In this document: piece after piece, positions 26,862 to 39,779 of the stretch
Layout of the letters: each line of letters starts with the position of its first letter
Numbering within the stretch: the stretch's first letter is position 1
Assembly (NCBI GenBank): GCA_964016885.1
Contig: OZ024743.1
Location: 351,974,001-352,038,000 of the forward strand
DNA length: 64,000 nucleotides
Direction of reading: 5' to 3'
DNA from: Eledone cirrhosa
Taxonomy: Eukaryota
Notes under the pieces: model-generated
Told to the model about the DNA's origin: nothing
The model's input: the letters and a program-made list of their open reading frames with translations, nothing else
Databases searched by the model: none
Program-made: the position numbers and the translations under genes

Positions 26862-29800
26862 CTGACTCGGGTACCCCACCAATCCCGAACCACCCTGCGC
26901 TTCTAGAGCACCCAGGGAGAGCACCCCTCTCCTCAAGTTAGCTAGCCTATAGGCGCATTGTCAGAGTAGGCCCATTCACACGAGCCATTCTCGCCACAAT
27001 CACCCACCTTTTAGCAAATGTACTGGGGGGCAGCACTTCTCTCTCCACCCTTACCTTCCTTTCCAGGTGAAACTTGAAGAAGTTGATGAGGGATTGGCCG
27101 AAGAGAAAAGTGTCTGACTTCAGTCCTTTTAACCTGGTCCACCATATAACCTCTTTAGCAACTGCCACAAGACAGAGGAACATTTCCTGCTCTTCCTGAC
27201 GTAAGGAAGACGGCGGGTCGATCGTCACTATGGACTCGGCCGATATCCGGATTCGTTCCACACGCGACAGTAGCTGTTGGACATAACTCCACAAGTCAGT
27301 AATGCACGGACATTGGACAAGTGCGTGCAGAACGGTTTCGTCGTTCTGTGCGCATCTTGGGCAGGTCCGTCTGACATCACTTCCATGCTTGTAGAGTTTA
27401 TCCCGAACTGGCAGTGCCCCCCGGTAGCACTGGCAAGCGAGGGATTTCTGGAAATTGTCCATCGTCCCCGGCTCAAAAGTCCTCCGGTACAGACTGGTCA
27501 GTTCGACTTCGTCGAGGTCCAAAGCTTCTCTGAGTTCGTTTTCGCACTTGCCCACCACTAATCCTCTATAGAACTCAAGAGTGGAAGTTCCACTGATCGC
27601 ATTGCCCGCTTGGTAGAGGGCAGTGAGTGCCTGGCAACATTCCAGGTGCCAGTCACCCAGTCTCGGTCTCTTCTTGACCCAGGACTGCAGCTCAGTCAAA
27701 GAAATGAGCTGCGGAAAGGCCCGTCTGATAAACGGCGACCACACCTGTTCACCGTTGAGGTAGAATATCTGGAGATGTCGCAGCCTCAACGCATGTCTGT
27801 GCATCATTAGCCACGGCATGCCCAGCCCTCCGCGTAGAGGGTTCTGGCAGCAGATGGACCGCCTCACCAACGAAACTTGTCCCCTCCACAAAAATTTGAA
27901 GAGGAGCCATTCCAACTTGACGAGGCGCGGACGGGGGCAAGGCACGACGGTCAGCCGGTAGTAGATGACGGATGCGATGTACGCATTCGCCACCTCCGTG
28001 CGACCTTTCAGTGATAGCTTCCTCCCAGCCCATTTTTGGGTGAGACTGGCTACTCTGCTCGTTACCTCGTCACAATTCTTTTCCACCTGGAGGGCTGGTC
28101 CGAACCAAATCAGAGCAACTTTAACGGTCCGTCCGTCCAGCGCCCCACGACGCTGTTGGACGGCATGGGCTTGCCTCTCCAGGTTCCGAGCTGCAAGCCC
28201 ACCGACTTTTCCGGGTTAAGTTTGGCTCCTGTCAACCTTTCATATTCCTTCAATAAGGTGCCGACCACCTCGATTTCTGAGGTGTTCGACACCATCACGG
28301 TGATGTCGTCCGCATAAGCCGACACCGCCTTTCCACGTCCCGGTTCGAGCGGGATGCCCTGTAACAGCTCCAGCTTCCGCAGTAAAGGGTCGAGAGTCAA
28401 TACGTACAGAAGGGAAGAGAGAGGGCACCCTTGACGGACCGATCGGGAGAGCCGAAATAGTTCCGAGAGGTGGCCATTAACCTTGACCACCGAGCATGTG
28501 CCGCTGTGCATTGCAGCGATCCAGCTTCTGAAGACAGGGCCGAAGCCAGCTGCTTTGAGGACAAACTCCAGATACCGATGGTCGACCCTATCAAATGCTT
28601 TCGATTGATCTAAATTGATTAGTGCCCCACCGAAGCCAGGTTTACAAGCTACCCTCTCTATGATGTATCGCATGAGGTAGAGATTGTTGTGTATGGACCT
28701 GGCTGGTATTGCGCAAGTTTGCGCCTCCCCAACCAAATCCTCGACGACAAGCGCCAATCTCTTTGCTAACACCTTGGCCAAAATCTTAAACTCTGTGTTG
28801 AGCAGAGTTATGGGCCGTAAGTTGTCTAATGTATCCCTCTTGTTCTCGTCTTTCCTTAGCGTCACCACTCCCCTGCTCACCGAACTGGGAATACACCTAT
28901 TATGCTGTCAGTTGCAGTAGAGTGCTTCGAGGATATCAGAGAACAAGTCTGGCATATTTATGTAAAGCTCGTAGGGCAGGCCATCCAAACCAGGTGAGTT
29001 GCGCCTCATACAGCCGACAAGGGCGTCCTGAATTTCAGCTGAAGTAATCGGCCTTTCGCAGTGCTCAGCGTCGGCCGTCGAGATGCGCGGCAAGCCGTCA
29101 AGGTAGGGACTGAAATCCGCTACTCTCTCTGACTCGCCACTCTCCCCGAACAACCGAGCAAAGTGCTGGCGAAAGGCCTCACACATCCGCTTGGAATCGC
29201 TTATGTCGTGTCCGTCTCGGTTCGCAAAAGACCGAATTGTGGTTTTATTACCACACTGCGCCTCCGCCACGCGGGCCCATCGAACAGCTTTGGTTGCCTC
29301 GTTTCTTAGCGCACGCGCCTTAGCTCTGACAATGCAACCTTCATGTTTCACATTGAATAAATGCTCTAATGCCATTCCCACCGCTAGCACGTCAGTTGCA
29401 ATGCCACTACAAATAGCCTCGTCTAACTTATCTACCAGCTCCCCCTCCTTTCTATTTTTCTCTAACGCTAGTTATTTACTGAACTCTATCGAAGTTACTC
29501 TAATCTCTCTTTTGAGAGCCCTCCACCATCTGTTGTTGATGATCCCCCCTGTCAACTTTTGCTTAACTAAATTGTTGACTCGGTCCCTGTAAGCCTTACG
29601 TGCCGGAAGTGACATGTTCAGCTTCCAGTAACCCGGTCCTAACCTACGCGTTTTATCTAGGTCGACCGTACAGATCACAAATTTGTGATCTGAATAGGCG
29701 ACCGTTTTAAAAAGTGGGCAGCCGACACTATTTCCCTAATGAAGATCCTGTCTATATACGATCTAGGTGACCCCATTCGGTTGGTCCATGTCCATACTGG

Positions 29801-30095
29801 CACATTGGGGAAATCTAGTCGATACCTGTCAGACAGTTGGAACTGGCTGAGTAGGTGCTTGAGGCTTTTGCACCCCCCGCTCCTATAGGCTTCTCCCACA
29901 CAATCCCAGCGTGCGTCTAAGATGCCATTCCGAATAAAAGCCCGAATATTGAGAGGTCTCCCTCTCTTTAAATCAAGACGTGTATCTTAAGTTTCGTTAA
30001 CGACAAGAACAAACAAAATAATGACCCTTTAAAACAGCTTAAAGTTACGAACCTTTTCCCCCGCAGATTTGTACTGTCTTCACACATGTGCGTCC
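26862..30095 (-). mobile_element. Tx1/L1-clade LINE, copy with ORF1 and EN N-terminus deleted
   Basis: GPGYWKLN, SPGLDGLPYE, RPITLLNTEFKILAK, DQSKAFDRV, VRQGCPLS, AYADD, CPRC..DETVLHAL..C. The 5' UTR is retained at 29937-30095. Confidence 0.92.
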
Positions 30096-30109
30096 ATAAT
30101 AATAATAAT

Positions 30110-30545
30110 TGTATCTACTTTTAGGCACAAGGCCAGCAATTATTCCAGTGTATTACTGGTACTTTATTTTATCGACCCCGTAAGGATGAAAGGCGAAGTT
30201 AACCTCGGCGGGATTTGAACTCAGACCATAAAGGGCCGTAACTCTTTGCTGCAAAGCATGGCGTCCGACCCTCTACCGATACTGCCAATCCAACGCACAT
30301 AAAAATAATAATAATGATTTCTTTATTTCTTTATTCATTTATTCATAATAATAATAATAATAATAATAATTGTTTCTATTTTAGGTACAAGGCCAGCAAT
30401 TATCCAGTACATTACTGGTACTTTGTTTTATCGACCTCGTAAGGCAAAGTTAACCTCGGCAGGATTTGAACTCAGATTGTAAAGGGACGTAACTGTGCTG
30501 GAAAGCATGTCCGACCCTCTACCGATACTGCCAATTCACCGCCCT
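30110..30545 (-). mobile_element. Two tandem tRNA-derived SINE copies (about 30110-30295 and 30370-30545) in (AAT)n tracts
   Basis: Same sequence family as 16961-17146. Confidence 0.9.
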
Positions 30546-30699
30546 AATAATAATAATAATGTTGAACGGCTTTTTGTCAGCAAGCGACAAGGCATCACAT
30601 TATGGCGTAGGGCCCCAATATTTAATATTTAATTTTGGATCAGAAATGTTATAGTCAAAATAGAGGAAAATGGCTACGTGGACAGACAGGCAAATAATT

Positions 30700-30945
30700 T
30701 CACCACCGACACCACCGCCACCATCACCACTACCACACCAAAAAAAATCTACCCAAGTTACTTCAACTTCAACACCATCACTACAGTACTACGATCACAT
30801 CACCACCACCACCACTGTCTCATTATCGCTACCGCCGCTATTCTCTCCCACTACCTCCTGCTAAGTACTACTAGCACATCACCACCACCACCACTGCCTC
30901 ATTATCGCTACCGTCGCTATTCTCTCCCACTACCTCCTGCTAAGA
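30700..30945. repeat. ACC-rich low-complexity tract with a 60-bp direct duplication
   Basis: About 30803-30864 is repeated at 30883-30944. Confidence 0.8.
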
Positions 30946-31161
30946 CAGAGGTATCGTAGTATTCCCACGAAGTGAGGAAGGCATCAAAAGATATAAATAG
31001 ACTGATTTGATGACCTGGTCAAAAAATCAAAATATCAAAAATCAAAATCAAAACAGCACAGATATAGAAACAGCACTAGATATAGAAAAGTAAGGAAATA
31101 ATAATAACACGCCAAAAATATATAGAAATGAAAATTATAATATGAAATATATAAATACGGT

Positions 31162-31614
31162 GGCATACGTCAAAATGGCCGGTCTCAAAAGTGAAACTAA
31201 TTTTTGACAGTTACGTACACGTTATAAGAGTTATTTAAATTTATATATATAAAATAAAGGAGCAAATAAGAGCATGATATGAAGTTAGTCATGTGTGTGT
31301 GTGTAAACGAATGTAAAAGAATATATGTAGGGCATAGATAAGGTTTGCTAGAATTTTACACACACACACACACATATATACACACACACGTGTATATATT
31401 ATAGTGTGTATGTGTGCATATATAAGTGTATATGTGTGTGTACTTTTACATTCGTTTACACACACACATATATACACACACACATGACTGACTTCATATC
31501 CTGCTCTTATTTGCTCCTTTATTTTATATATATAAATTTAAATAACTCTTATAACGTGTACGTAATTGTCAATAATTAGTTTCACTTTTCAGACGGGCCG
31601 TTTTGACGTATGCC
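31162..31614. mobile_element. Foldback/MITE with about 145-160-bp TIRs and a microsatellite core
   Basis: ggcatacgtcaaaa.../...ttttgacgtatgcc, flanked by the 17-bp direct repeat tgaaatatataaatacg. Confidence 0.85.
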
Positions 31615-31906
31615 TGAAATATATAAATACGATATACGATATCAATGTAAAATAAAAATAAAAATAAGGTCTTGGTGTAGATAAAACAGCACGAATCACT
31701 TACTTCATTGATTCAAATATATCCCATCGAAAGCAAGAGCTAAGTTTATCCAGGTCGATATAACAAATGTTTAACTCTCTACCACTAAACTGCAACTAGA
31801 CATTTAGCGTACTTTCAGGCCTATGATAAATCACGCCCTCAACCTGATTTACTATGCATGAGAAGACAAGCATATCTTACACAGAAAATTGTATGAAGGA
31901 AATAAT

Positions 31907-32089
31907 TGTTTCTATTTTAGGCACAAGGCCAGCAATTATCCAGTACATTACTGATACTTTATTTTATCGACCCCGTAAGGATGAAAGGTAAAGTTAACCT
32001 CGGCGGGATTTGAACTCAGATCATAAAGGGACGTAACTCTATGCTTCAAAGCATGGTGTCCGACTCTCTACCGATACTGCCAATCCACC
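31907..32089 (-). mobile_element. tRNA-derived SINE with a 16-bp TSD
   Basis: TSD gtatgaaggaaataat at 31891-31906 and 32090-32105. Confidence 0.9.
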
Positions 32090-32126
32090 GTATGAAGGAA
32101 ATAATGCCTGCATTCATATATATGTA

Positions 32127-35100
32127 TGTAGCGACGTGGTTAGTCAGTCTAGTCACTACTTCTGATCAGATCCGAGAATAGCCCTTAGAAGGACTCTTAT
32201 CGCATACGGTCTGATCAGATCTGAAGATAGCCCTTAAAAGGACTGTTGTCGCCCTTAAAAGAACTGTTGAGGATGGACAGACGAAAGCACAAAGCAAGGC
32301 GAGATGTAAATTCGATCAGCTATTTACTTTCACATGAAGCGACGATACGAGGTACAAGGCGTGTGAGTGACAAAGCGTGGCAGAGTAAAGGAACAACGAT
32401 GCGCTAGCTGACTCTGCCAAAAGTCGACTAGCGAAGTGTTGGGAACCACTCTATTTATACAGAAACAATCGTTTGATGTTTAGCCGATGTGAAGGCGTTT
32501 ATTTAGGTAGGTTTTAAGGGTTCTTTTGTTTCACGTTGAAGTAGCTAGCTAACAGGTAGATGGCGCTGTATATTTCACAGATGTTATTTCCGGTGGCTGT
32601 ACATTAGCCCCCTGCCAGTTCTTTTGTACAACAAAAGAGCGAAATATCGTATAGTAATGGGCCAGTTGTGCATTTGTCATGATAATAGCCCCAGGAGTGT
32701 CCAGCACGTTGTGACATTTTGTGATCATCGAGTACAGGACAGAGTCGATGTAGAGATGATATGGCAAGATGTGTGTGTCAGGAAGAGAAAAAAGAAATAA
32801 ACTATAAAATGACTTTGACCAGATTTATGCAGGCGTGATGAATGAGCCTGTTGCAATTTGGGTTGAGCTGTCTGTGAATTGCGTGACAAAATGTCTAACT
32901 GGGCAGTGAAGATAACCGTAATGTGTGAACTGAATGGCCGTAAGCATGCTGCCTAAAAGTAACAGTTTGCTCCACAGCATATGACTTGAGCGAATGCATG
33001 TGGTAAAAAAAAATAGCGAGGCATTCTCGAGCTATTGAGTGAATGTGTACGTGAAAAAAAAAAGGCCAGTGTTTTGAGGATGCGATTTGTGAAATGCGTG
33101 ATCAAAGAGAAAACATTTTGTAGTGTAAGAGTTAGAGGGACACAAATATCTATTGCTCAGTGTATGAACCAAAAGGTGAAACAAACGTGGTTTTGTAGTG
33201 TGCATGATAAACAGAATATGTAAACGCCTTGTATGTATATAAAAATGATGGCAATTACACAATCAATGTTACAGAAAAAAGGAAAATACAAATTTTGCAA
33301 AACAACAGAGTGAAGAAAAAAAAATGATATACACAATGTTTGTTCTTAAATAGTGTTTGTAATAAATAATGTTCATAATAAATAATGTTCTTCGTGACAT
33401 GAGCACATGGTCACTAACAATTGCAATTGTTCAAGCAGAAAGTTCATTGTATTTGAAACTGGAAATAGTAAACACAAGAAAAATGGAAATGTTTTGCACG
33501 AAGAATGATTAAGAAACTCACTTGAGGTTAACGGTAATTCACATATTGTGCCAACTTTGCGGGCCAATGGACGCGTCGTCCGCTTCTCGTGACTGGAGGT
33601 GAAACAGGTGGCTCGCTGGGAGAGCAATCTGTTGGAGTTTCTGGTGTAGAGACTGTAACAGTATCCATGATGGCTTTTTTTAATCTGTCCACGCTGACAG
33701 AATTCTGTTTACCATCTAGATCGAGAATAAAATATTTCGGATATTTTTTTAGAACACGATAAGGGCCAGAATATGGAGGTCGAAGGTGAGCTGAGATGGT
33801 GTCGTTTCGAACGAAAACGTGTGTCCAATCTTTAATGTCTGAAGGTACGTGTGTGGCCGTGTTCTGTTGACGGGTGCTTGCAGGAGCAAGGTGAGACATA
33901 TATTGTCGAAGACGGTATACGTATGATCCTGGGTCTGGAACATCCTGAGGAGAGATGGGAGCAACCATCTGACCAGGTAGAACCAGGTTGGTGCCATACA
34001 CTAATTCTGCAGGTGTGTGTCCGAATTCCTCCTTAACGGTGGATCGAATGCCCAAAAGGATGAGTGGTAGGTATTCAAACCAGTGGGTCTTGTCTGGATA
34101 TGCTTTTATTGCAGCTTTCAATTGGCGATGGAATCTTTCCACGAGACCATTAGCTTGCGGGTGATAAGCTGTCGTGCGGATGTGTTTACATCCTAACAGG
34201 CGAGTCAGTTCCCTGAAGAGGTGGGAGTCAAATTGGCGTCCTCTGTCCGTTGTTATCTTCGCTGGGGCGCCATAACGTGATACCCAGTGTAAAATCAAAG
34301 TTTTAGCGACTGTTTCCGCTGAGGTATCATTTATGGGAAAAGCTTCAGGCCAACGAGAAAATCGATCTATGCAGGTGAGCAAGTGTGTGTAGTTCTGTAA
34401 TGGTGGTAGAGGTCCGACGATGTCGAAATGCACATGATGAAAACGTGCATCAGGTTGCGCGAATGTGCCGAGTGGAGTTTTGATGTGTCTGTGGACTTTG
34501 GCTTTCTGGCAGGCAATGCAGCTCCTGGACCAGTCGCGCACGTCCTTGTTAATGTTAGTCCACACAAAACGAGCAGAGATGAGTTTCTGTGTAGTCCGGA
34601 TTCCCGGGTGAGCCAAGCAGTGTAAAGCAGAAAAAAACTTGTCGCCGATGCATCTGTGGTACGTACGGTCGTTCATGACCGGTAGAAAGGTCGCACCAAA
34701 TTTGTCCCGGAGAAGAAGGAATGAGAACTTGCTGAAACTTGAGGGATGGCGAATCTCGGAGCTTGATAAACTCTTCGTCAGTCTCTTGTTCAGCTGCGAT
34801 CTGTTGAAGGTCGATGCCTGAATGCACATGTATTGCGTTCAGCTGGATTCGAGACAGGGCGTCGGCTGCTACGTTGTCTGATCCCTTGATATGCCGAATA
34901 TCAGTTGAATATTGGGAGACAAAATCCAGGTGTCGGAGTTCTCTCGGTGAATGTCGATCAGGTTTGGTACGGAACGCATAAACTAATGGTTTATGGTCCG
35001 TGTAGATCACGAAATCTGATCCTTCGAGCATGTGCCGAAAATGCTTAACCGAAAGATAGGTTGCCAAGAGTTCGCGGCCAAAGGTACTGTATTTCGTTTC

Positions 35101-37476
35101 TGCCGGTTGCAACCGCTTAGAAAAAAGGATAAGGGTTGCCACACGCCGTCGACATGTTGTTGTAGAACGCCTCCAACCGCCGTGTCTGATGCGTCCACTA
35201 GCAGCGAATGAGGAGCGCCAGGCCTGGGGAAAACGAGCATGGAAGCATTTGCCAACATTTCCTTCAGGCGGTTAAAAGATGTTAATTCTTCCTCGTTTAG
35301 AGTGATCTCTTCGTTTTTGCGAGTCCGGTTACGAAGAAGGTCCGTGAGGAGTCTGGAACAATGCGGGAACAATGCGGGATGAACCGCCTATAAAAATTCA
35401 CCAGACCGAGGAATTCACGCAGTTTCCGAAGTGATGTAGGTGCAGGAAAACTGCGGATAGCTTCTACTTTCTCGGGAAGTGGGCGAATGCCGTCTTTATC
35501 GATGATGTGCCTGAGAAAGGACAGTGAAGGAACGCCGAGAAGGCACTTGCTGGGGTTGATGATGATACCGTACTCAGCCAAACGTCGGAAAAGGAGTACT
35601 AAGTGCTTCTCGTGTTCATGCTCGGAAGTACTTGCTACCAGCACGTCGTCAATATACGCGTATACGAAGGGTAGATCGCGTAACACGGTGTCAATAAACC
35701 GCTGAAAAGTGTGTGCAGCATTGCGCAGACCGAACGGCATTCGCAGGAATTCGAATAAACCGAACGGTGTTGTGATTGCGGTCTTCGGAATGTCTGCAGG
35801 CTCCATAGGTATCTGGTTATATGCACGCACCAAATCTACCTTGGAAAAGATACGTGCGCCTTGCAGAGAGGCAGAAAAATCGTGCAGGTGAGGTACAGGG
35901 TAATTATCGGGCACTGTAGAATTGTTAAGTGCACGATAATCCCCACATGGTCGCCAATTATTCTCATTTTTTTTTGGAACAAGGTGTAGGAGTGCAGACC
36001 AGTTGCTGGAGGAAGGGCGAATGATTCCGAGGTCTAGCATGTGTTGGAACTCCTGCTTGGCGATTCTCAATCGGTCTGGAGGCAGTCTCCTTGGTCGCGA
36101 AGCTGTGAGTGGTCCCTTTGTCTCGATGTGGTGCGTGACACTATGCTTAATAGGACCATCCTTAAATACCGGGCGAGTGATGTCTGGGTATTTCTGGAGA
36201 ATGCCGTTGTACCGCGAAGGCTCTGACTGGCAAATTACAGGGCTCACTGTCGATTGCGTGGTAAATATACCTCTCACAGTGAGGTTTGTGGTGGTGTCAA
36301 TAAGCCTCCGGTTCTTCATATCCACCAGAAGGTTGAAGTGGTTGAGAAAATAGGCTCCTAGGATAGGGGTCGGCAGGTCTGCCACGACGAACACCCATTG
36401 AAAACGCCGCCTCAGGCCTAAATTGAGGGTCAGAGACTTCTCCCCAAAAGTCGGAATTGACGATTGGTTCACTGCCTGCAGAAAGGACGGGGTTGGGTGT
36501 CTTGCCCGAGATTAGTGAAACCGGAATAACACTAACCTGGGCTCCTGTATCCACGAGGTATCGGATGCCTGTCGCCTGGTCGTTAATAAAAAATAGACGA
36601 CTTTTCTTTTCAGTACCAGGGGTGAACGTCGTCGCCAGGCCCTGGGTGGCATTCCGGAAAGAGCACGGGGCTTTGCACTTAGATGCCTGTGCGCCGAAAT
36701 TTGTGTGATACCAGCAGAGGTTGCCAGGCACACTATTTTGACTGGGACTACTGGATCTTCGACTGTGAAAAGGCCTGGATCGACTTTTGCTGCGTTGCCG
36801 GTGTGTTTGAAAGGTCAAGTTCTCTACTTGATTCGAGAGGGCTTTAATTTAACCAGCCCGCTCTCTGATCATAGCCCGCAGCTCTGAAATCTCGGCCTCT
36901 GTCGTTTGTGACATGTCCATGTTGATATTTTCTTAGGTGCTGTCTGGCTGCGCGTTCGACTCACGTTCGGGTCACCAATTGTAGCGACGTGGTTAGTCAG
37001 TCTACTCACTACTTCTGATCAGATCCGAGAATAGCCCTTAGAAGGACTCTTATCGCATACGGTCTGATCAGATCTGAAGATAGCCCTTAAAAGGACTGTT
37101 GTCGCATATAGCCCTTAAAAGAACTGTTGAGGATGGACAGACGAAAGCACAAGTTGAAAGGACGAAGCAAGGCGAGATGTAAATTCGATCAGCTATTTAC
37201 TTTCACATGAAGCGACGATACGAGGTACAAGGCGTGTGAGTGACAAAGCGTGGCAGAGTAAAGGAACAACGATGCGCTAGCTGACTCTGCCAAAAGTCGA
37301 CTAGCGAAGTGTTGGGAACCACTCTATTTATACAGAAACAATCGTTTGGTGTTTAGCCGATGTGTAGGCGTTTATTCTGGTAGGTTTTAAGGGTTCTTTT
37401 GTTTCACATTGAAGTAGCTAGCTAACAGGTAGATGGCGCTGTATATTTCACAGATGTTATTTCCGGTGGCTGTACA
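32127..37476 (-). mobile_element. Ty3/Gypsy LTR retrotransposon, gag-deleted and frameshifted
   Basis: TG..CA LTRs at 32127-32603 and 36980-37476; 4-bp TSD TGTA; PBS TGGTGACCCGAACGTGA (tRNA-Trp-like); short purine tract AGGGGG next to the 3' LTR. Confidence 0.95.
33528..36920 (-). pseudogene. Gypsy gag remnant and pol (protease, RT, RNase H, integrase)
   Basis: [79 protein letters not shown]. Confidence 0.95.
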
Positions 37477-37851
37477 TGTATATACATATAAGTATGTATG
37501 TATACGTACATACATATATGTATACAGACGTACAGTAGTATGTATATATATACATACATGCACACATATATATATGCTCGTATCGGTTTACCGAACATTT
37601 ATTATGATCGTTCCTGTGTCAGTGTTGAACAAAAAAAAACAAAAAGTAGGTAAATCGAAAGGGAGTAAACAAACAAGCTATTATAAAGATGAGGAGATAA
37701 ATATATAAAAATAACAAATATATAAACAAACAACAATTTCTGGTTACTATTCCATCCCCACAATCCCCAAATCTCTCATTGGTATTGTTAAGCTATAGAA
37801 AAGTTTAATAGGTGGAGAAAAATGCTAAATACGGGATTGTAGTGAAAGTAC

Positions 37852-38320
37852 TTTATAAAGCCATCTTTACAGGGGGGCTGACACCACTGCAAAAGTTAGT
37901 AGTAATCAGCCAATGCCATCTTACAATGACAGGTTAATAAATTGAGGACAAACATACTTAAAACCTAATACGAACTATTAATTCAGAATGCTAATATATA
38001 CTAATACCAAGAATACTAAAGCAAAAATACCACTAAGAATTTTATAAAGCCATCTTTACCGGGTGTCAAACACCGCTGCAATAGTTAGTAATAATCAGCC
38101 AATGCTATCTTACAATGACAGGTTAATAAGTTGAGGGCAAACATACTAAAAAACTAATACGAAATATTAATTCAGAATACTAATACAATAAATACTAATA
38201 CAAGAATACCAATGCAGAAATCTAGAAATCACGGAAATGGAGCAGCAGCCAGAAAGAAGGCAATTATCTGGGGTCTAACACATCTGCTATAAAAAGCGTA
38301 ATCGGCCAATTCTATCTTAA
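37852..38320. repeat. Tandem repeat with a 189-bp period (two units and a partial third), probably the Naiad 3' region
   Basis: tttataaagccatctttac... begins at 37852 and again at 38041. Confidence 0.8.
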
Positions 38321-38569
38321 AATTAAGGGGGTTGCTGAGGCTACAGAGGGCCGATGGGCTGCATCGGGGTGGGCGAAAAGTTGAAAAAAAAAAAAAAAAG
38401 ACAAGGATGGAGATCTGGTGTGGAAGGACTAGGAAGAAAGGGGGGGAGAAGAAGGAACTATAGAGGAAAAAATAAAAGAAATATAAAAAAGTTACGTCTA
38501 CCTTTGTGAGCAGGGGTTACCCTTACAAAGTCGGCAAGTGGGGTGTTTCAGCCCTTCTACCCCCCACCC

Positions 38570-39779
38570 CCACCCCCGGGTCATTATGGGGTTTGAGGGC
38601 GAGGTAAGTCCTACGCAATCTGTTTGTATGCAGTTACCAGTTCGTCTTTCTTGTTTAGGAGTTGGTTCTTCGAGAACAGCATTTGTAATGTTTCCTCCGA
38701 GCATAAGTTACACGGACGGCGTCCTCCCGTGTAAGAGTTAGCTCTGGACAGTAAGCTCCAAGTGAGATTGTATGTTATTTTATTATCTTTGAGGTCCCAG
38801 ATGTGACCCGAGAGTGTAGTGGTGTGACGCTGGGCCGGGTTTCGGAAAGTATGTCTGTGTAGGTAGAGCCGGGTCTTGAAGTCACAAGTGTTTAATCCTA
38901 TATAAGCTTTGTTGGAGGTGTCCGTCCTCACGTTGCACTGGTAGATCACATTACGATCTCGGCATCTGTTGTTGAAGCGGCAAAGGGATCTATCAGGACA
39001 GGTGCACCTCATGGTCTCCACTGCTGTCTCGGTTATTTCTTCTATAGGGGTTGAGTTTTTTGTTGTTAGAGGAGACGATGTTTTGTGCAAAGTTAGGTGT
39101 GGTGTTGTAGGAGAGTTTAATGGTGTTTTTGTTGATTATGTTGTGGTAGCGGTGTTGTAGTGGGAAGTGTTTTTCGATGAGCCTAAAGAAGATTTTCCCG
39201 ATAGGTGTTGTCACCTCGGCATTGTGGGGAGGATTGAACCACGTTACGTTGCGTGAGAGGCGGTGTCGCCTGCTGGTTCCGCCAATGGAAGCTGGATGGT
39301 AGGATATTTCCTCCCGGAAGACACTCCGCTTGAGGGCCTGGTTGTAATAAGGCGCATGTTCATATAATATCTGCTCATTAGCGGAAAGACGAGATATGCG
39401 GAGGGAGATGTTTTTAACCAGGTTATTGGTGATGTTTCTATGGTGGTTCGACCGGCGGTGGATGTAATGCAGGTTGTCGTTAGGTTTCCTGTATGGGTAG
39501 TACAGATCATTATCGTGGTTAAGGGTAACGTCCAGGAAGTTTACTTGTGTTAGGTACGTTTGTAGGGTTATTTTCAGTATGGCGCGACGGATTCGGCTGC
39601 GGTCACAGATCTTATAGGATTATTCCTACTATTTAAACTCACCGAAAGATTTCCTGCATTCGGCGGTGGATTGTACCATGATGATGGGCTCCTTACCCTC
39701 AAAGGGTACAACCCCAGTAGTACGGACCGGGTCCGTAAACAATTAATCAGCTTCTTCCGCGACTGGGGATTTAAAATAA
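38570..39779 (-). mobile_element. Naiad-type Penelope-like element, 3' half with an inverted 5' segment
   Basis: The minus strand encodes FLDVTL, WFNPP, VIYQC..AYIG..FKTR..H, CNLC and LLNKKDEL. 39575-39779 on the plus strand encodes the RT motif GLYHDDGL. Confidence 0.85.

Larger units (their letters stand above)
15214..30160. repeat. Left arm of a large inverted duplication
   Basis: Reverse-complement matches in mirrored order: 15214-26247 with 64000-54346; 26248-26700 with 52286-51829; 26700-26842 with 50768-50625; 26862-29931 with 49537-46470; 29937-30160 with 44152-43920. Confidence 0.95.

Noticed and set aside
32604-33527. env-like third ORF in the Gypsy 3' region
   Set aside because: Only short ORFs with no recognisable motif; it reads as an AT-rich UTR.
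37852-38320. CRISPR-like array or ribozyme repeat
   Set aside because: Only two long degenerate units with no unique spacers, no hammerhead core found, and a eukaryotic context.
38611-39090. Possible selenoprotein-type Naiad
   Set aside because: The conserved Cys codons I checked are TGC/TGT, with no in-frame TGA at those sites.
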